Source: Candidatus Methanomethylicia archaeon
Lineage (GTDB): Archaea > Thermoproteota > Methanomethylicia > Culexarchaeales > Culexarchaeaceae
Direction of reading: 5' to 3'
DNA: 64,000 bases
Assembly: GCA_038727515.1 (NCBI GenBank)
Contig: JAVYVS010000001.1
Span: forward strand, 32,001-96,000
Part shown: positions 21,294 through 32,542 of the stretch, in pieces
Layout of the letters: every line of letters starts with the position of its first letter
Numbering within the stretch: the first letter of the stretch is position 1
Notes under the pieces: model-generated
What the model was told of the DNA's origin: nothing
Databases searched by the model: none
The model's input: the letters and a program-made list of their open reading frames with translations, nothing else
Made by a program: the position numbers and the translations under genes

Positions 21294-22481
21294 ATGAGTA
21301 CAATTGAGATTAGTAAGGATATTTTTTGGGTTGGTGTAATTGATTGGGATGTTAGAGATTTCCATGGTTATCAAACTAGACGTGGAACAACATACAATGC
21401 ATATTTAATAAGAGATGAGAAAAAGGTTTTAGTAGATACAGTGAAATATACTTTTTCCAATGACCTCATTAGAAATATAAATGTAATATGTAATCCTGAG
21501 GAAATTGATTATATAGTTATAAATCATATTGAAATGGATCATGCAAGTGCACTTCCAAATATAATTAAACATGCTAAAAATGCTAAAGTAATAGTTTCTC
21601 AAAGGGGGAGGGATGGATTAATAAAGCATTATGGTTCAAATTATGATATAATAACAGTTAAAACTGGAGATAAATTGAATATTGGTAAAAGAACACTTAT
21701 GTTTATTGAAGCTCCAATGCTACATTGGCCTGATAGTATGTTTACATATATTTTGGATGATGGAATACTAATGCCAAATGATGCTTTTGGTCAGCATTAC
21801 GCTTCATCTCAGAGATTTGATGATGAAGTTGATCAATCAATTTTAATGGAAGAAGCAGCTAAATATTATGCTAACATAATAATGCCATTTTCAACATTAG
21901 TTGAAAAGAAGATTCGGGAAATTAGTGATATGGGTATTAAAATTAGGATGATAGCTCCAAGTCACGGTATAATTTGGCGTTCCAATCCATCAAAGATAAT
22001 TGAGGCATATAAGAATTGGAGTACAGGTGTATCCAAAAATAAGATTGTAATAGTTTATGATAGTATGTGGGGTAGTACAAGTATGATGGCTAGAGCTATA
22101 GCCAATGGAATAATTAGTCAAGGGATTGAAGTTAAATTCTTCAAGTTGAGGGAATCTGATGAAACTGAAATTATGATGGAAATTTTAGATGCTAAAGCTA
22201 TAATTGTTGGTTCACCAACATTAAATAACTCTATGTTTCCATCAGTAGCTTCATTCCTAACTTATGCATGCGGTTTAAAACCTATGGGTAAATTATGGGC
22301 ATTCTTCGGTTCCTATGGATGGGGGAAAGGTGCTGTAAAACAAATGAAGGAAATAGTTGAAAAAGCAGGATTCCATGTTTATGATCGCTCCATTGAAATT
22401 CAATATGTTCCAACAAGTAAAGAATTAGAAGAATGCTTCAATTTTGGAAGAGAAATAGCCAGTAAAATTATGGGTAAATAA
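21294..22481 (+). CDS. fprA: Flavodiiron protein (A-type flavoprotein)
   Basis: GTTYNAY, HIEMDH, HWPD, DAFG, SMWGST, FGSYGW. Confidence 0.95.
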   Translation: MSTIEISKDIFWVGVIDWDVRDFHGYQTRRGTTYNAYLIRDEKKVLVDTVKYTFSNDLIRNINVICNPEEIDYIVINHIEMDHASALPNIIKHAKNAKVIVSQRGRDGLIKHYGSNYDIITVKTGDKLNIGKRTLMFIEAPMLHWPDSMFTYILDDGILMPNDAFGQHYASSQRFDDEVDQSILMEEAAKYYANIIMPFSTLVEKKIREISDMGIKIRMIAPSHGIIWRSNPSKIIEAYKNWSTGVSKNKIVIVYDSMWGSTSMMARAIANGIISQGIEVKFFKLRESDETEIMMEILDAKAIIVGSPTLNNSMFPSVASFLTYACGLKPMGKLWAFFGSYGWGKGAVKQMKEIVEKAGFHVYDRSIEIQYVPTSKELEECFNFGREIASKIMGK

Positions 22482-22506
22482 TGAGTAATCTACAATAAAA
22501 ATTTAT

Positions 22507-23202
22507 TTATATTTTTATAGTAGTCTCCTCTCCAGGCTTTAAAACTATCACTTCCACTTTAACTTCCAATTCCTTGAGATATTTCTTAAATTCTTCAGGT
22601 GAACCTTTTATCACTGGAAATGTTTGATAATGCATAGGTATAACATACTTTGGATTTATCAATTTAGTGGCATATGCTGCTTCTAGAGGTCCCATGGTAT
22701 AATGTCCACCTATTGGTATTAATGCTAATATTGGTTTATACAATTCCCCTATAAGCTTCATATCATATGTTAAACCTGTATCTCCAGCATGATACACATA
22801 TAATTCATCTCTACCAAATACAACTCCAGTTGGAGCCCCCTTACCACTTGAATGATATGCTGGTGTTAATATAACTTTAAATCCATCACCTAAATCTATT
22901 GGTCCACCAATATTTGCTCCAATAGTTCTCCCCTGAACTTTAAGTTGATCTGCTACATATGCTGCAATTTCATAAACTGATATTAATTTAGATTTTTCAT
23001 GTTTCTTCATTATATCAATGGTATCTCCAAGATGATCTCCATGATCATGTGTTACAATTATGTAATCTGGAGCTTCCAATGGTATTTCAGTTATCTTTGA
23101 TGCTGGATTTCTTATCCATGGATCAATGTAAAACGTTTTTCCATTAATTTTTACTGAGAATGCTGCATGACCAAACCATTTAACCGTAATCATCTTTATC
23201 AT
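22507..23202 (-). CDS. Metallo-beta-lactamase hydrolase (UPF0173-like)
   Basis: WFGHA, THDHGDH, HAGDT, PIGGHYTM, PMHY. Confidence 0.92.
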   Translation of the reverse strand: MIKMITVKWFGHAAFSVKINGKTFYIDPWIRNPASKITEIPLEAPDYIIVTHDHGDHLGDTIDIMKKHEKSKLISVYEIAAYVADQLKVQGRTIGANIGGPIDLGDGFKVILTPAYHSSGKGAPTGVVFGRDELYVYHAGDTGLTYDMKLIGELYKPILALIPIGGHYTMGPLEAAYATKLINPKYVIPMHYQTFPVIKGSPEEFKKYLKELEVKVEVIVLKPGEETTIKI

Positions 23203-23315
23203 AATTATCTATACCTCATTTAATTTAAACCTTTAACTTTGTGGATGTTAATCCTTACGATAATCAATAGACTCTTAAAAACTATTAGACAACATGAGAA
23301 AATAATGTTTGATCA

Positions 23316-23795
23316 TCATGAAAATAATTTCTTTGTTAATATAGCGGTTCTTCTTCCAAGTTCTCTACAATGTTCAATTTCTTTCTCGTCTGGTGTTCCA
23401 ACTGCTGTTGCACCATAATGTTTATCTGCAGCTCTACCTTGAATTATCATTCCATGTATCAACATAGCCTCTAATATCGATAATAGTGTTGTTTCAGCTC
23501 CAGTTCCAATTCCACCTGAACTTGTAAATGCAGCTCCAACTTTACCTTCAAGTTTCTCATGTATTTCAACAGATCTATCAATTAAATCTTTAAGTTTACT
23601 TGACATTTGACCGTAATATGTTGGTGAACCCATAATTATGCCATGGGCTTCCACTAGATCATTCAAACTAGTTTCTTCAACTCTTTTAACAATAACTTCA
23701 ACACCTTCAACTTCTCTAGCTCCTTCAGCAACTGCATAAGCCATTTTTTCAGTATTACCAGTTCTAGAATCATATACTATTAGGATTTTAACCAT
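23316..23795 (-). CDS. Flavodoxin / WrbA-like NAD(P)H oxidoreductase
   Basis: YDSRTGNTEKMA, GSPTYYG, GKVGAAFTS. Confidence 0.92.
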   Translation of the reverse strand: MVKILIVYDSRTGNTEKMAYAVAEGAREVEGVEVIVKRVEETSLNDLVEAHGIIMGSPTYYGQMSSKLKDLIDRSVEIHEKLEGKVGAAFTSSGGIGTGAETTLLSILEAMLIHGMIIQGRAADKHYGATAVGTPDEKEIEHCRELGRRTAILTKKLFS

Positions 23796-23942
23796 AAAAT
23801 CCCCATATACAATTATCTATTCTACATAAAAGTTTATTGAAGATGTATTTTCATTAAAATTTTGTTAATTTAATTATTATCTAGTTTTTACAAGTTGTTT
23901 AAGCTTATATTTATTGTTGATTTATGGTATTGTGGTATCGTT

Positions 23943-24857
23943 ATGGTTACTAGGTTTCATGGTGTTATAACACCCTTTATAACCCCCTTTAAAGAGGATT
24001 TATCCATTGATATTGATGCTATTCAATGGCTTGTTAATTATCAAATTGAAGGTGGTGTACATGGGGTATTCCCAAATAGTACCACTGGTGAATTCGTCCA
24101 TTTAAGTAGGGAGGAGAGTATCCTCATTGTTAAAACTGTTTTAGATGAAGTTAATGATAAAATTTGGGTTATACCTGGTATAAGTGCTAATTCCACTTTA
24201 CATTGCATAGAGCTTGGAAGGATATTTATGGATATGGGTGTAAATGGTATTATAGTTACTCCACCATTCTTCTTTAAACCATCATATGATAATCTTAAAA
24301 TGCATTTCTCAATGATTGCTGAGAAAATTGATTTACCTATAATAATCTATAATATTCCATCAACCACTGGAGTAAATATTCCAGTAAAAATGTATATGGA
24401 ACTTTCATTGGAGCATGATAATATTGTTGGAGCAAAGGTAACTTATGATAGTTTCACTTACCTTCGAAATTTAATATTTGATGTTAAGAGTTTAAGAAGT
24501 GATTTCTCTGTTTTAACAGGTTTAGATGATATGTTTCTTCCAACTTTAATGATGGGTGGTGATGGTGGAATAATGGCATTAGCAAATGCTACTCCCAAAC
24601 TTCATAGAGCTATATATGATTGTTGGATTAATGGAGATATTAAATCTGCATATAATTATTGGATGATACTGTTAAGGCTTGTTAAAGTTTATGATTATGC
24701 ATCTTCATTTCCAACAGCTGTAAAAACCTTGTTAAAAATTATGAATAAACCCGTGAAAACTTTTGTTCGTCCACCATTAACTCCTGAGAAAAATGAAGTT
24801 GAAAATAAAATTAAAAGTATATTAAATGAATTAAAATCATATCAATTTCTATTATAA
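23943..24857 (+). CDS. DapA/KDG-aldolase family class I aldolase
   Basis: TPF, STTGE, YNIP, Schiff-base Lys in GAKVT. Confidence 0.9.
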   Translation: MVTRFHGVITPFITPFKEDLSIDIDAIQWLVNYQIEGGVHGVFPNSTTGEFVHLSREESILIVKTVLDEVNDKIWVIPGISANSTLHCIELGRIFMDMGVNGIIVTPPFFFKPSYDNLKMHFSMIAEKIDLPIIIYNIPSTTGVNIPVKMYMELSLEHDNIVGAKVTYDSFTYLRNLIFDVKSLRSDFSVLTGLDDMFLPTLMMGGDGGIMALANATPKLHRAIYDCWINGDIKSAYNYWMILLRLVKVYDYASSFPTAVKTLLKIMNKPVKTFVRPPLTPEKNEVENKIKSILNELKSYQFLL

Positions 24858-25649
24858 CTTGATCACATAATTCTTCAATTCATATCCATTTCTAGGCGTT
24901 TCTACACTTGGAATTGCTATTATGAATGGTATTCCACCGTAAATTCTAGTTGAACTTATAGTTACAATTCTACCTTCATGCTCTATAAATGGACCTCTAA
25001 AAGCCTTTCTAGGTTCATGACTTCTAACTATATAATCTACATTTAAAATTTTACAGATCCTTCTACTTATATCTGGTCCGAAAAGTATGCCTGCACCTCT
25101 ATAATTTGGTATTTCCCCCTCTTCCTCATAGGGATCACTCCACAATACATCTTCTTCAACTTCATAACTTGGATTTTCCAAATCTTTAATTGAACCTATT
25201 TTTGATGATATTCCACCATGAACGAAAAGTATATTCCTATATATAGCTGCTAGAAAGAGTTTAGCGAAGAATTTCGTTAAAAATGAATTATAGTAATTTA
25301 TCCATCCACCCCTCTTTAAATCAGCCTCCCAAATCAATGTACAAGGTTGAAAATAGGGTTCACCATTCCTATAATCTTCATGATTACCCTTTAAAGCAAT
25401 TATCCTATCCCCATACATTTCAATAAGTTCATATATCCCCTCAATAACTTCAATACCCATATCCCCTCTATCAGCATAATCACCTAAGAAAACAATTAAA
25501 TCCCTATCTGGATTGAATAATTCCCTTATCCTCTTAAAACTTTCATAATCTCCATGAATATCTCCAACAACAATTATCCTCTCAAAATCTCCTCGATCAA
25601 TTACCTTCAATCTACCCATAAATACCAACATTAAATAATCATTAAACAT
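24852..25649 (-). CDS. PPP family Ser/Thr protein phosphatase
   Basis: GDIHG, GDYADRG, GNHE, HGG, LWSDP, RSHE. Confidence 0.93.
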   Translation of the reverse strand: MFNDYLMLVFMGRLKVIDRGDFERIIVVGDIHGDYESFKRIRELFNPDRDLIVFLGDYADRGDMGIEVIEGIYELIEMYGDRIIALKGNHEDYRNGEPYFQPCTLIWEADLKRGGWINYYNSFLTKFFAKLFLAAIYRNILFVHGGISSKIGSIKDLENPSYEVEEDVLWSDPYEEEGEIPNYRGAGILFGPDISRRICKILNVDYIVRSHEPRKAFRGPFIEHEGRIVTISSTRIYGGIPFIIAIPSVETPRNGYELKNYVIKL

Positions 25650-25662
25650 TATAAAAACAATT

Positions 25663-26367
25663 TCATATAACTTGAGGTGGAAGATGTTCTTCTCTGGCTC
25701 TCAGTGAATAATATAGCATTGTTAATACAACCATCATGTATGATTGTACAAGCATAACTAAGATCCATCCAATAATTGGTATTGCATTTGCTAATAATAT
25801 TAAAATCAGTAGTATCAATATTAAAATGAATGTTAAAGCCCATCTACCACTCACAAGCCTTCTACTTCTATCCAAAGCTTCTATTGGATTCTTACCCTCC
25901 AATACAACTACTTGCATAGTTAAAATAAACATTATTCCAAATATGATTCCAGGAATTATAAATAGTATGAAACCAATTATCAATATAGTACCAAATATTA
26001 TTGAGGCAATTATTATATCCAACAATCTAGTGACTACATGATCTAGAGATGATCTTAAGGTTGGTTTACCTCCCTCTACAAGATCGCCAACATACTTTAT
26101 AACCATTCCAGCAACAATCATACTCAAAATCATTTGAATAATCGTATCTATTATTGTATAACCATAAATTCTATGTACTGGAACACCACCAATTTCAAGA
26201 GTAATATATGACTTTGAAATTTGCATTTTATCTAAAATTACACCGATAATTCCAAGTATTACATAGGGTAAAGCAATTTTTATGGCATTTTCAATATAAA
26301 TGTTCCATGAATATTCAAGTATTTCACTAAAACTTAACTCTCTAGTTGGTTTGTAAGTTGACATCAA
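25663..26367 (-). CDS. Integral membrane protein (GPDPase-membrane/DUF975-like)
   Basis: GFILFIIPGI, E...EALDRSRRLVSGRW, LYYSL pattern. Confidence 0.7.
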   Translation of the reverse strand: MMSTYKPTRELSFSEILEYSWNIYIENAIKIALPYVILGIIGVILDKMQISKSYITLEIGGVPVHRIYGYTIIDTIIQMILSMIVAGMVIKYVGDLVEGGKPTLRSSLDHVVTRLLDIIIASIIFGTILIIGFILFIIPGIIFGIMFILTMQVVVLEGKNPIEALDRSRRLVSGRWALTFILILILLILILLANAIPIIGWILVMLVQSYMMVVLTMLYYSLRAREEHLPPQVI

Positions 26368-26397
26368 GTATTTAATATGGGTGTCTAAAATAAATAT

Positions 26398-26724
26398 TTA
26401 TTGTATTAATGGAGTTATTTCAATGATTTCATCTTTTTCTATGAATCTTTTGTACCAGGATTCATAAAGCTTTGGTGTTGTTACATGTAGTTCAATGGGT
26501 TCTTTCACTTCTTTGTATACTTTCACCATAATATCATATTTCTTGTCAATGTTTTCTGTAACTACGAGTATATCTATATCACTTAGAGCTGTGAATAATC
26601 CCTTCACCGCTGAGCCAAAAAGGTATATTTTGGCAGAAGCATCTATTGATAGTACTATTTTCCCAACATTTATAGCTATTTCCATAAGTCTTTTCTCCCA
26701 ATTTAATGATGTCAATTTATCCAC
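26398..26724 (-). CDS. Minimal nucleotidyltransferase (MNT) antitoxin
   Basis: YLFGS...SDIDILV; overlaps the upstream HEPN gene. Confidence 0.9.
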   Translation of the reverse strand: MDKLTSLNWEKRLMEIAINVGKIVLSIDASAKIYLFGSAVKGLFTALSDIDILVVTENIDKKYDIMVKVYKEVKEPIELHVTTPKLYESWYKRFIEKDEIIEITPLIQ

Positions 26725-27103
26725 TTTGAATCATCTTCTTAAATACTTCAACTACGAATTTATAAAGGCTTTTTACATCTTTCTCTTCATATGTTATTGG
26801 GAGATATCTTGATGATATATATGCTTCTTCAAGTCTAGCTATCTTATGTAGGTAATCCTCTTTCTCAAGTAATTCAAGTATTTCTGGGTGAATTTTTCCG
26901 AGTTCACGTATAAGTCTTCTTAATGAATGAGTTCTTGGATAACTTCCTGTTTCCATTAAGAGTTTATATTTGAGAATTAGTTGGCAGTATTGTTCAATGT
27001 TAAATATTGCTAAATCATATTCCATAGTATTTATTAGATATTCAGCATTTTTAAGGAAGCTTTCGGCTCTCTTCTTCAATAGATTAATTTCATCAAATGA
27101 CAA
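26717..27103 (-). CDS. HEPN domain protein of a HEPN-MNT toxin-antitoxin pair
   Basis: A-F-EQ..QL.LK, PRTHSL, YISSRY; coupled to MNT. Confidence 0.9.
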   Translation of the reverse strand: MSFDEINLLKKRAESFLKNAEYLINTMEYDLAIFNIEQYCQLILKYKLLMETGSYPRTHSLRRLIRELGKIHPEILELLEKEDYLHKIARLEEAYISSRYLPITYEEKDVKSLYKFVVEVFKKMIQSG

Positions 27104-27246
27104 TATTTACACCTCAAATATGTTGGATTTTTCCCCCATTACCATTTTAATGTTTAATAAGACGTTTATAAGTTTTTAAGTGTGCTTCCCTTTAATAATC
27201 CATAAGAATAAATGGTTGCTTCTTTTAATTATTTGTGGTGTAGCCT

Positions 27247-27798
27247 TTGTTTGAGTGTGAAGTTAAGGTTTGTATAGATGATGTCGATTTAAATCTCCTT
27301 AGAAGTAGGTTGAATAATCTTGGTTTCAAATTTTATGGTTATTGGTTTGAAGAAGATCACTATATAGATTTTAGGTGTTGTACCTGTTGTGTGGAAGATT
27401 CAGCTTTAAGAATTAGGAAGTATGATTTCAATGGAGAGATCAAGTATAAATTGACTTTTAAGGGTCCTAGAATAATTGGGGTTAATGTTAAAGCTAGAGA
27501 AGAAATTGAAATGGATTTAAATGATGATACTCTACTAAAGATATTTGGGAAGCTTGGATTTAATGATCTTATTGTTAAAAAGGTTAGAGAAAAGTATTCC
27601 AAGGGTAATGTAAATATTTATGTTGATGATGTTAATGGTTTAGGAAGATTTATTGAAATAGAAATAGTTAATCCTCCATCCATGGAAGTATATGAGAAAA
27701 CTTTAAGTGAACTATTAAGCTTATTAGAGTTAACTGGTAAACCAATAATTACTGAAACTTATTTAGAAATGTTAATTAAATCTAAAGGGTTGTTGTAA
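27247..27798 (+). CDS. cyaB: CYTH family protein (class IV adenylate cyclase/triphosphatase)
   Basis: ExExK, LRIR, LTFKGP, REEIE, GLGRFIEIE, YLEM. Confidence 0.9.
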   Translation: MFECEVKVCIDDVDLNLLRSRLNNLGFKFYGYWFEEDHYIDFRCCTCCVEDSALRIRKYDFNGEIKYKLTFKGPRIIGVNVKAREEIEMDLNDDTLLKIFGKLGFNDLIVKKVREKYSKGNVNIYVDDVNGLGRFIEIEIVNPPSMEVYEKTLSELLSLLELTGKPIITETYLEMLIKSKGLL

Positions 27799-27799
27799 C

Positions 27800-28509
27800 C
27801 TACTCCTTTACAATTTTGTTTAAAATTTCCTTGAGGTCCTCATCACTTAAATCTCTCCAAAATTTGTATGCGTCTGCAACTGCATAGAATAATTCATCTC
27901 TCAAATTCAAACATAAAATTTCATCTACCAATTTTGAAATTTTAATGACTGATCTTGCGCATCCAGTTGGTACTGCTATGTAAATCTTTTTTGAACCTCT
28001 TTTTCTAGCGAATTTTATTGCTGCATTCATAGTATATCCTGCAGCTATTCCATCATCAACTAAAATCACCGTTTTATCATTTAAATTTGGGTATGCTCTT
28101 CCACATCGAAGAATCTTATTCCTCCTATAAATTTCATCAAGTTGCTCTTTAATGAAGCTTCTATTTCTTGTTGTGATAAACCAAGTTGAATTGCAAAATC
28201 TTCATCAACAAATACATTTCCATCTGGATCTACAGCTCCAAATCCAGCTTCCCTATTCCATGGTATTAAAAGCTTCCTACAAATTAATAAATCGAATTTT
28301 GCATTTAATGCTTCAGAAATCTTTAAACCTATTGGTGCACCACCCATGGGAATTGCAAAAACATAATCTACATCTCTAAACACCATTTTACAAGCTTCAG
28401 CAAGTTTTAAACCAGCATCAAATCTATCCCTAAAAACTTCATGTCTATTAAACAATTCCAAATCATATATTATATTTCCCTCACGAACAAGTTTCAATTT
28501 CACACCCAA
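27800..28509 (-). pseudogene. Phosphoribosyltransferase split by a 1-nt frameshift near 28152
   Basis: ORF1 (FRDRFDAG..AIPMGG..RKL..PWN.EAGFGA) continues in the -1 frame as IKEQLDEIYRRNKILRCGRAYPNLNDKTVILVDDGIAAG. Confidence 0.85.
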
Positions 28510-28651
28510 AATATACTTTGAAAATTCAAATTAGAAAATTTAGCTATAATAAATAATATTTAATGTATATATACTACAATTTTTCACAGAAGTTTATGTT
28601 GTCTATATTTTTTAGTGAAAGTGTATTAATTGATAAATTAATAAATTGAAG

Positions 28652-28809
28652 CTTGTGGATTCTATAGCTATAGTTTTAAATTCATCATTAAAATATACTG
28701 TTTTCTTAAGTTCTTATGGTTATGGTGGAAGTGCAATAAACATTTAATGGGATTTCTAGGGTAACTTAAAATTGATGTTTTAGGATTGGTTGAAGTTAAT
28801 GGTTTTCCC
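28652..28809 (+). pseudogene. Decayed C-terminal fragment of a second FprA/flavodoxin-like gene
   Basis: LVDSIAIVLNSS...VFLSSYGYGGSAI/fs/HLMGFLG*LKIDVLGLVEVNGFP resembles the FprA flavodoxin domain. Confidence 0.55.
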
Positions 28810-28844
28810 ATAGATTTAGAGTTTAATTAAATTCATAGTTAAAC

Positions 28845-29711
28845 CTATTTCACTCCATCCACTATTTTATATTGTCCTAATCCAGCGGTTCTCATAATTC
28901 CAGTTCCACTGTATTCTCCCATTTTTATTAATGCTGCAATATTCCTTCCAATACTGTTGATAATTTCTTCTTCTATTTCAAAGGTTACTTCACCTATAAA
29001 TCCCTGTTGATTCTTCCTACTTCCTTCACTAGCCCATACAGTTCTTATCCCATCCCTATACTCATATATACGTATTTGATCATTATCTATGGCATTTTCT
29101 ATTTCACTTCTATTCGGCATTTCACAACTTCTAGTCCATATTCTCAATAGATTTCTCATCATTGAAGTTGGGTTTGGTATTGGTTGATATGCAGCCTTCT
29201 TCTTTCTCCTAACTTCATAAACACTTTCCTTACCTCTACCTTTAACTCTCTTTGGATATATTATTTCCCCCTTAAAACATGTTGGAGTTAAGAATCTTAA
29301 TGTGAATGTATTATTGATTTCACTATTTAAAAGCTGTTTATAATCTATAGATTTAACTTCTATTCCATCTAAATGGAAAATTATATTGTCCAAATCTATC
29401 CTGTTATTATTAAATATATTTTGAATTATTGATGTTAAATTTATAATTTCATTATCCAATATGTTTATTTTAAAGTTGTAGTATCCTGGATCACCACCAT
29501 AATATACTGGTTTTTCATCCATCATTAATGTGGATACGCTATATGGTTTTATTGTTGATTCATTATGAAGTTTTTCTGCCATTTTAGAATCAATATCTTT
29601 AAAGGTTTTGAAGAAGAAGTTTTGTATTGTAAATCCACTATATCTTTGAAATTTAAATTTCTCATTTATCTCTATATTGAATTTTAATGAAATTATTGAT
29701 TTATCAGACAT
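28845..29711 (-). CDS. cas6: CRISPR precursor-processing endoribonuclease Cas6
   Basis: KPYSVS, LRFLTPT, GFIG, C-terminal Gly loop YSGTGIMRTAGLG. Confidence 0.93.
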   Translation of the reverse strand: MSDKSIISLKFNIEINEKFKFQRYSGFTIQNFFFKTFKDIDSKMAEKLHNESTIKPYSVSTLMMDEKPVYYGGDPGYYNFKINILDNEIINLTSIIQNIFNNNRIDLDNIIFHLDGIEVKSIDYKQLLNSEINNTFTLRFLTPTCFKGEIIYPKRVKGRGKESVYEVRRKKKAAYQPIPNPTSMMRNLLRIWTRSCEMPNRSEIENAIDNDQIRIYEYRDGIRTVWASEGSRKNQQGFIGEVTFEIEEEIINSIGRNIAALIKMGEYSGTGIMRTAGLGQYKIVDGVK

Positions 29712-29833
29712 AACTTCAAAATTATATATGAAGTTTCAATTTAAATCTTTTATTTGAAATTCTTCGTCATATTAACAATTGAATCTAGATATCCATGTGA
29801 AAATCGTAAAATACTCTTAAATAAAACTATTTA

Positions 29834-30883
29834 TTGATGAATATGAGTTTAAATCTCATTTATGATGAAATACATAAATTACATGCAGACCCTTATGGTA
29901 GACATCCTGAAAATCCATGGAGATTTGAAAATACAATACAAGCTTTAAAAAATTCAAGGATTTGGGGAAAAGTAAAATTGTATGGTACTCCTGAAGGTGA
30001 AAAGGAAATTCTAAGAACAATACATTCTAAAAGTTATATTTCATATATTGAAAATGAATGTAAAAGAGGATTCCACTATATAGATACAGATACATATGTT
30101 ACTGAACATACATTTAATGTTGCTACGAGATTTATAACTGCAACTTATAATGCAACTTTAAAATCCATTGAGAATGGTGAACCATGGATTATAATGCCTA
30201 GACCTGCAGGTCATCATGCAGGTATAAATGGAGCTGCACTTGGAGCTCCCACACTTGGATTCTGCATATTCAATTATGCAGCGGCAGCAGCTAAAGCCCT
30301 ATTAGAGAGGAATATGAAAGTTTTAATAATTGATTTTGATGTACACCATGGAAATGGAACTCAAGAAATACTTTGGAGAGAGCCTAAAGCTGTACATATA
30401 GATATACATCAATGGGGTATATACCCTGGAACTGGAGATGTAAATGATATTGGTGGAAGTGGAGCTGAAGGAACAAAAATAAATATACCATTACCTTCAG
30501 GCTCAGGAGATCAAGAATATCTATGGATAACGGAAAACGTAATACAACCATTAATTGAAACCTTCAAACCAGATGCAATAATAGTATCAGCTGGGTTCGA
30601 CGCATATATCGGGGATCCATTGGCAACATTAAATGTAACTGAAGAAACCTATATAGCAATAGCACAAAAAATTGTCAACGCAATAGAAAATAAAATGACA
30701 AAAACAGTGGTAACAATAGTGGAAGGAGGATATGGAGAAGGACTGAAAATTGGTTTAACAACATACTTAGAAACAATAATAAAAACAAGAAGATATAGTG
30801 AAATATTAAAACCAAAACAACCTCCAACATACATTACACAAAAACTACAACAAATACTAAAAGATTATTGGAACATCAACTAA
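29834..30883 (+). CDS. Histone deacetylase family protein
   Basis: HPE.P.R, RPAGHHA, GFC, DFDVHHGNGTQ, SAGFD, EGGY. Confidence 0.95.
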   Translation: MMNMSLNLIYDEIHKLHADPYGRHPENPWRFENTIQALKNSRIWGKVKLYGTPEGEKEILRTIHSKSYISYIENECKRGFHYIDTDTYVTEHTFNVATRFITATYNATLKSIENGEPWIIMPRPAGHHAGINGAALGAPTLGFCIFNYAAAAAKALLERNMKVLIIDFDVHHGNGTQEILWREPKAVHIDIHQWGIYPGTGDVNDIGGSGAEGTKINIPLPSGSGDQEYLWITENVIQPLIETFKPDAIIVSAGFDAYIGDPLATLNVTEETYIAIAQKIVNAIENKMTKTVVTIVEGGYGEGLKIGLTTYLETIIKTRRYSEILKPKQPPTYITQKLQQILKDYWNIN

Positions 30884-31108
30884 GATAAAAAAAAACAAAG
30901 AACACCTATCATTATAGAATTTATTAACAAAAGAATTAAATATCAAATACAATTTATTTGAAAATTCCTTTATAAACTATTGAATAACCCTAATATCTTC
31001 TAAACCCACTAAAAGTCTACCATAAATTTCCAAACATTCCTAACAAATTCATTTTCACATAACCTAGAATTTAAAATTTTAGACTCAGCCACCATGATTT
31101 CAAAAATC

Positions 31109-32542
31109 CTTCAATTCCCTTATTGGATTTACTCCAACATCATTTCACAGTTTAATTGTGGCTTCAAATACCTTTCAATTCCCTTTGTTGGGTTCTTGCC
31201 TGAGTACGTTAAAGAAGAAGCTAAAAGGGTTCTAAGCTTTCAATTCCCTTTGTTGGGTTCCATTTAATTTTACACCCCGAATGTCGAGATGATAACTTCT
31301 TTCAATTCCCTTTGTTGGGTTCTGTTGAATGAGACCTGCAGGTTTAAGCTTGAACCTGAAAACTTTCAATTCCCTTTGTTGGGTTCCTACCCAAACTTGC
31401 ATATTGCAAGTTTGCTACACCACTATCCTTTCAATTCCCTTTGTTGGGTTCAGTTTTGCTACCCGTTGTAGGGGTTCTTGCAATTGCAACTTTCAATTCC
31501 CTTTGTTGGGTTCCATGCACCCGATTGCAAAGCTTGGAACATGGTATTTAATTGTAAACTTTCAATTCCCTTTGTTGGGTTCATTTTACCCTCCTACATT
31601 ACACTACTTTAAAAAAAGATGGCTTTCAATTCCCTTTGTTGGGTTCTGATTTAGACGCCGTCCTAGCCAGGTCCCCATGCATCTATCTTTCAATTCCCTT
31701 TGTTGGGTTCTGGAATGGTCGAGGGGAAGCTCGGATTCAGGCCTATTGAGCTTTCAATTCCCTTTGTTGGGTTCCATCAACAGTTAATGCCGTAGATGAA
31801 GTTACAGTTCTTCTCTTTCAATTCCCTTTGTTGGGTTCAGTATGAGGCCGAGCGAAGGCTAATTGGTGAGCTGAACACTTTCAATTCCCTTTGTTGGGTT
31901 CTGAATCATCAATCATCATAGCTAAATTTGGGATTAAATCCCTTTCAATTCCCTTTGTTGGGTTCCGGTTAAAGTTTATTCCACCACCAATTGAAAAACT
32001 AAATCTTTCAATTCCCTTTGTTGGGTTCAAGCCCCGAGTTTAACGCCATGAATGGCCATTTGATCGCTTTCAATTCCCTTTGTTGGGTTCTGTGGAGAGG
32101 AGGAGTTGAGGAGGAGGATTAAAGATTTAATCTTTCAATTCCCTTTGTTGGGTTCGGGGGATAATGTTCGACGTATCATTCGCACTTCAACTTAACTTTC
32201 AATTCCCTTTGTTGGGTTCTCCTTGAAAGCCCGCAGAACTATACGCATCTGCTAATATATGCCTTTCAATTCCCTTTGTTGGGTTCTGAATGGAATTGTG
32301 GAGAGGATTTTGAAGTCGATATCGCCTTTCAATTCCCTTTGTTGGGTTCGATAACAGTCGTCACAGCAGTTGAGAAGTGGAATGCTGATACTTTCAATTC
32401 CCTTTGTTGGGTTCAAAGGTAAGAAAATAATAGGAGTATGAGATTATGGTTAAATTCTTTCAATTCCCTTTGTTGGGTTCTTTGCCATATCTACTAAAAA
32501 CAATTAAACCAGAATATACTTTCAATTCCCTTTGTTGGGTTC
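31109..32542 (-). CRISPR. CRISPR array 1: 22 perfect repeats plus 1 degenerate, 22 spacers
   Basis: CTTTCAATTCCCTTTGTTGGGTTC on the + strand every ~64 bp; degenerate copy at 31109 is the trailer; leader on the right; 3' handle ATTGAAAG on the - strand. Confidence 0.98.

Noticed and set aside
26398-28509. HEPN-MNT, CYTH cyclase and PRTase as a cyclic-nucleotide defence system
   Set aside because: Orientations are mixed, all are common archaeal families, and there is no cyclic-nucleotide sensor effector.
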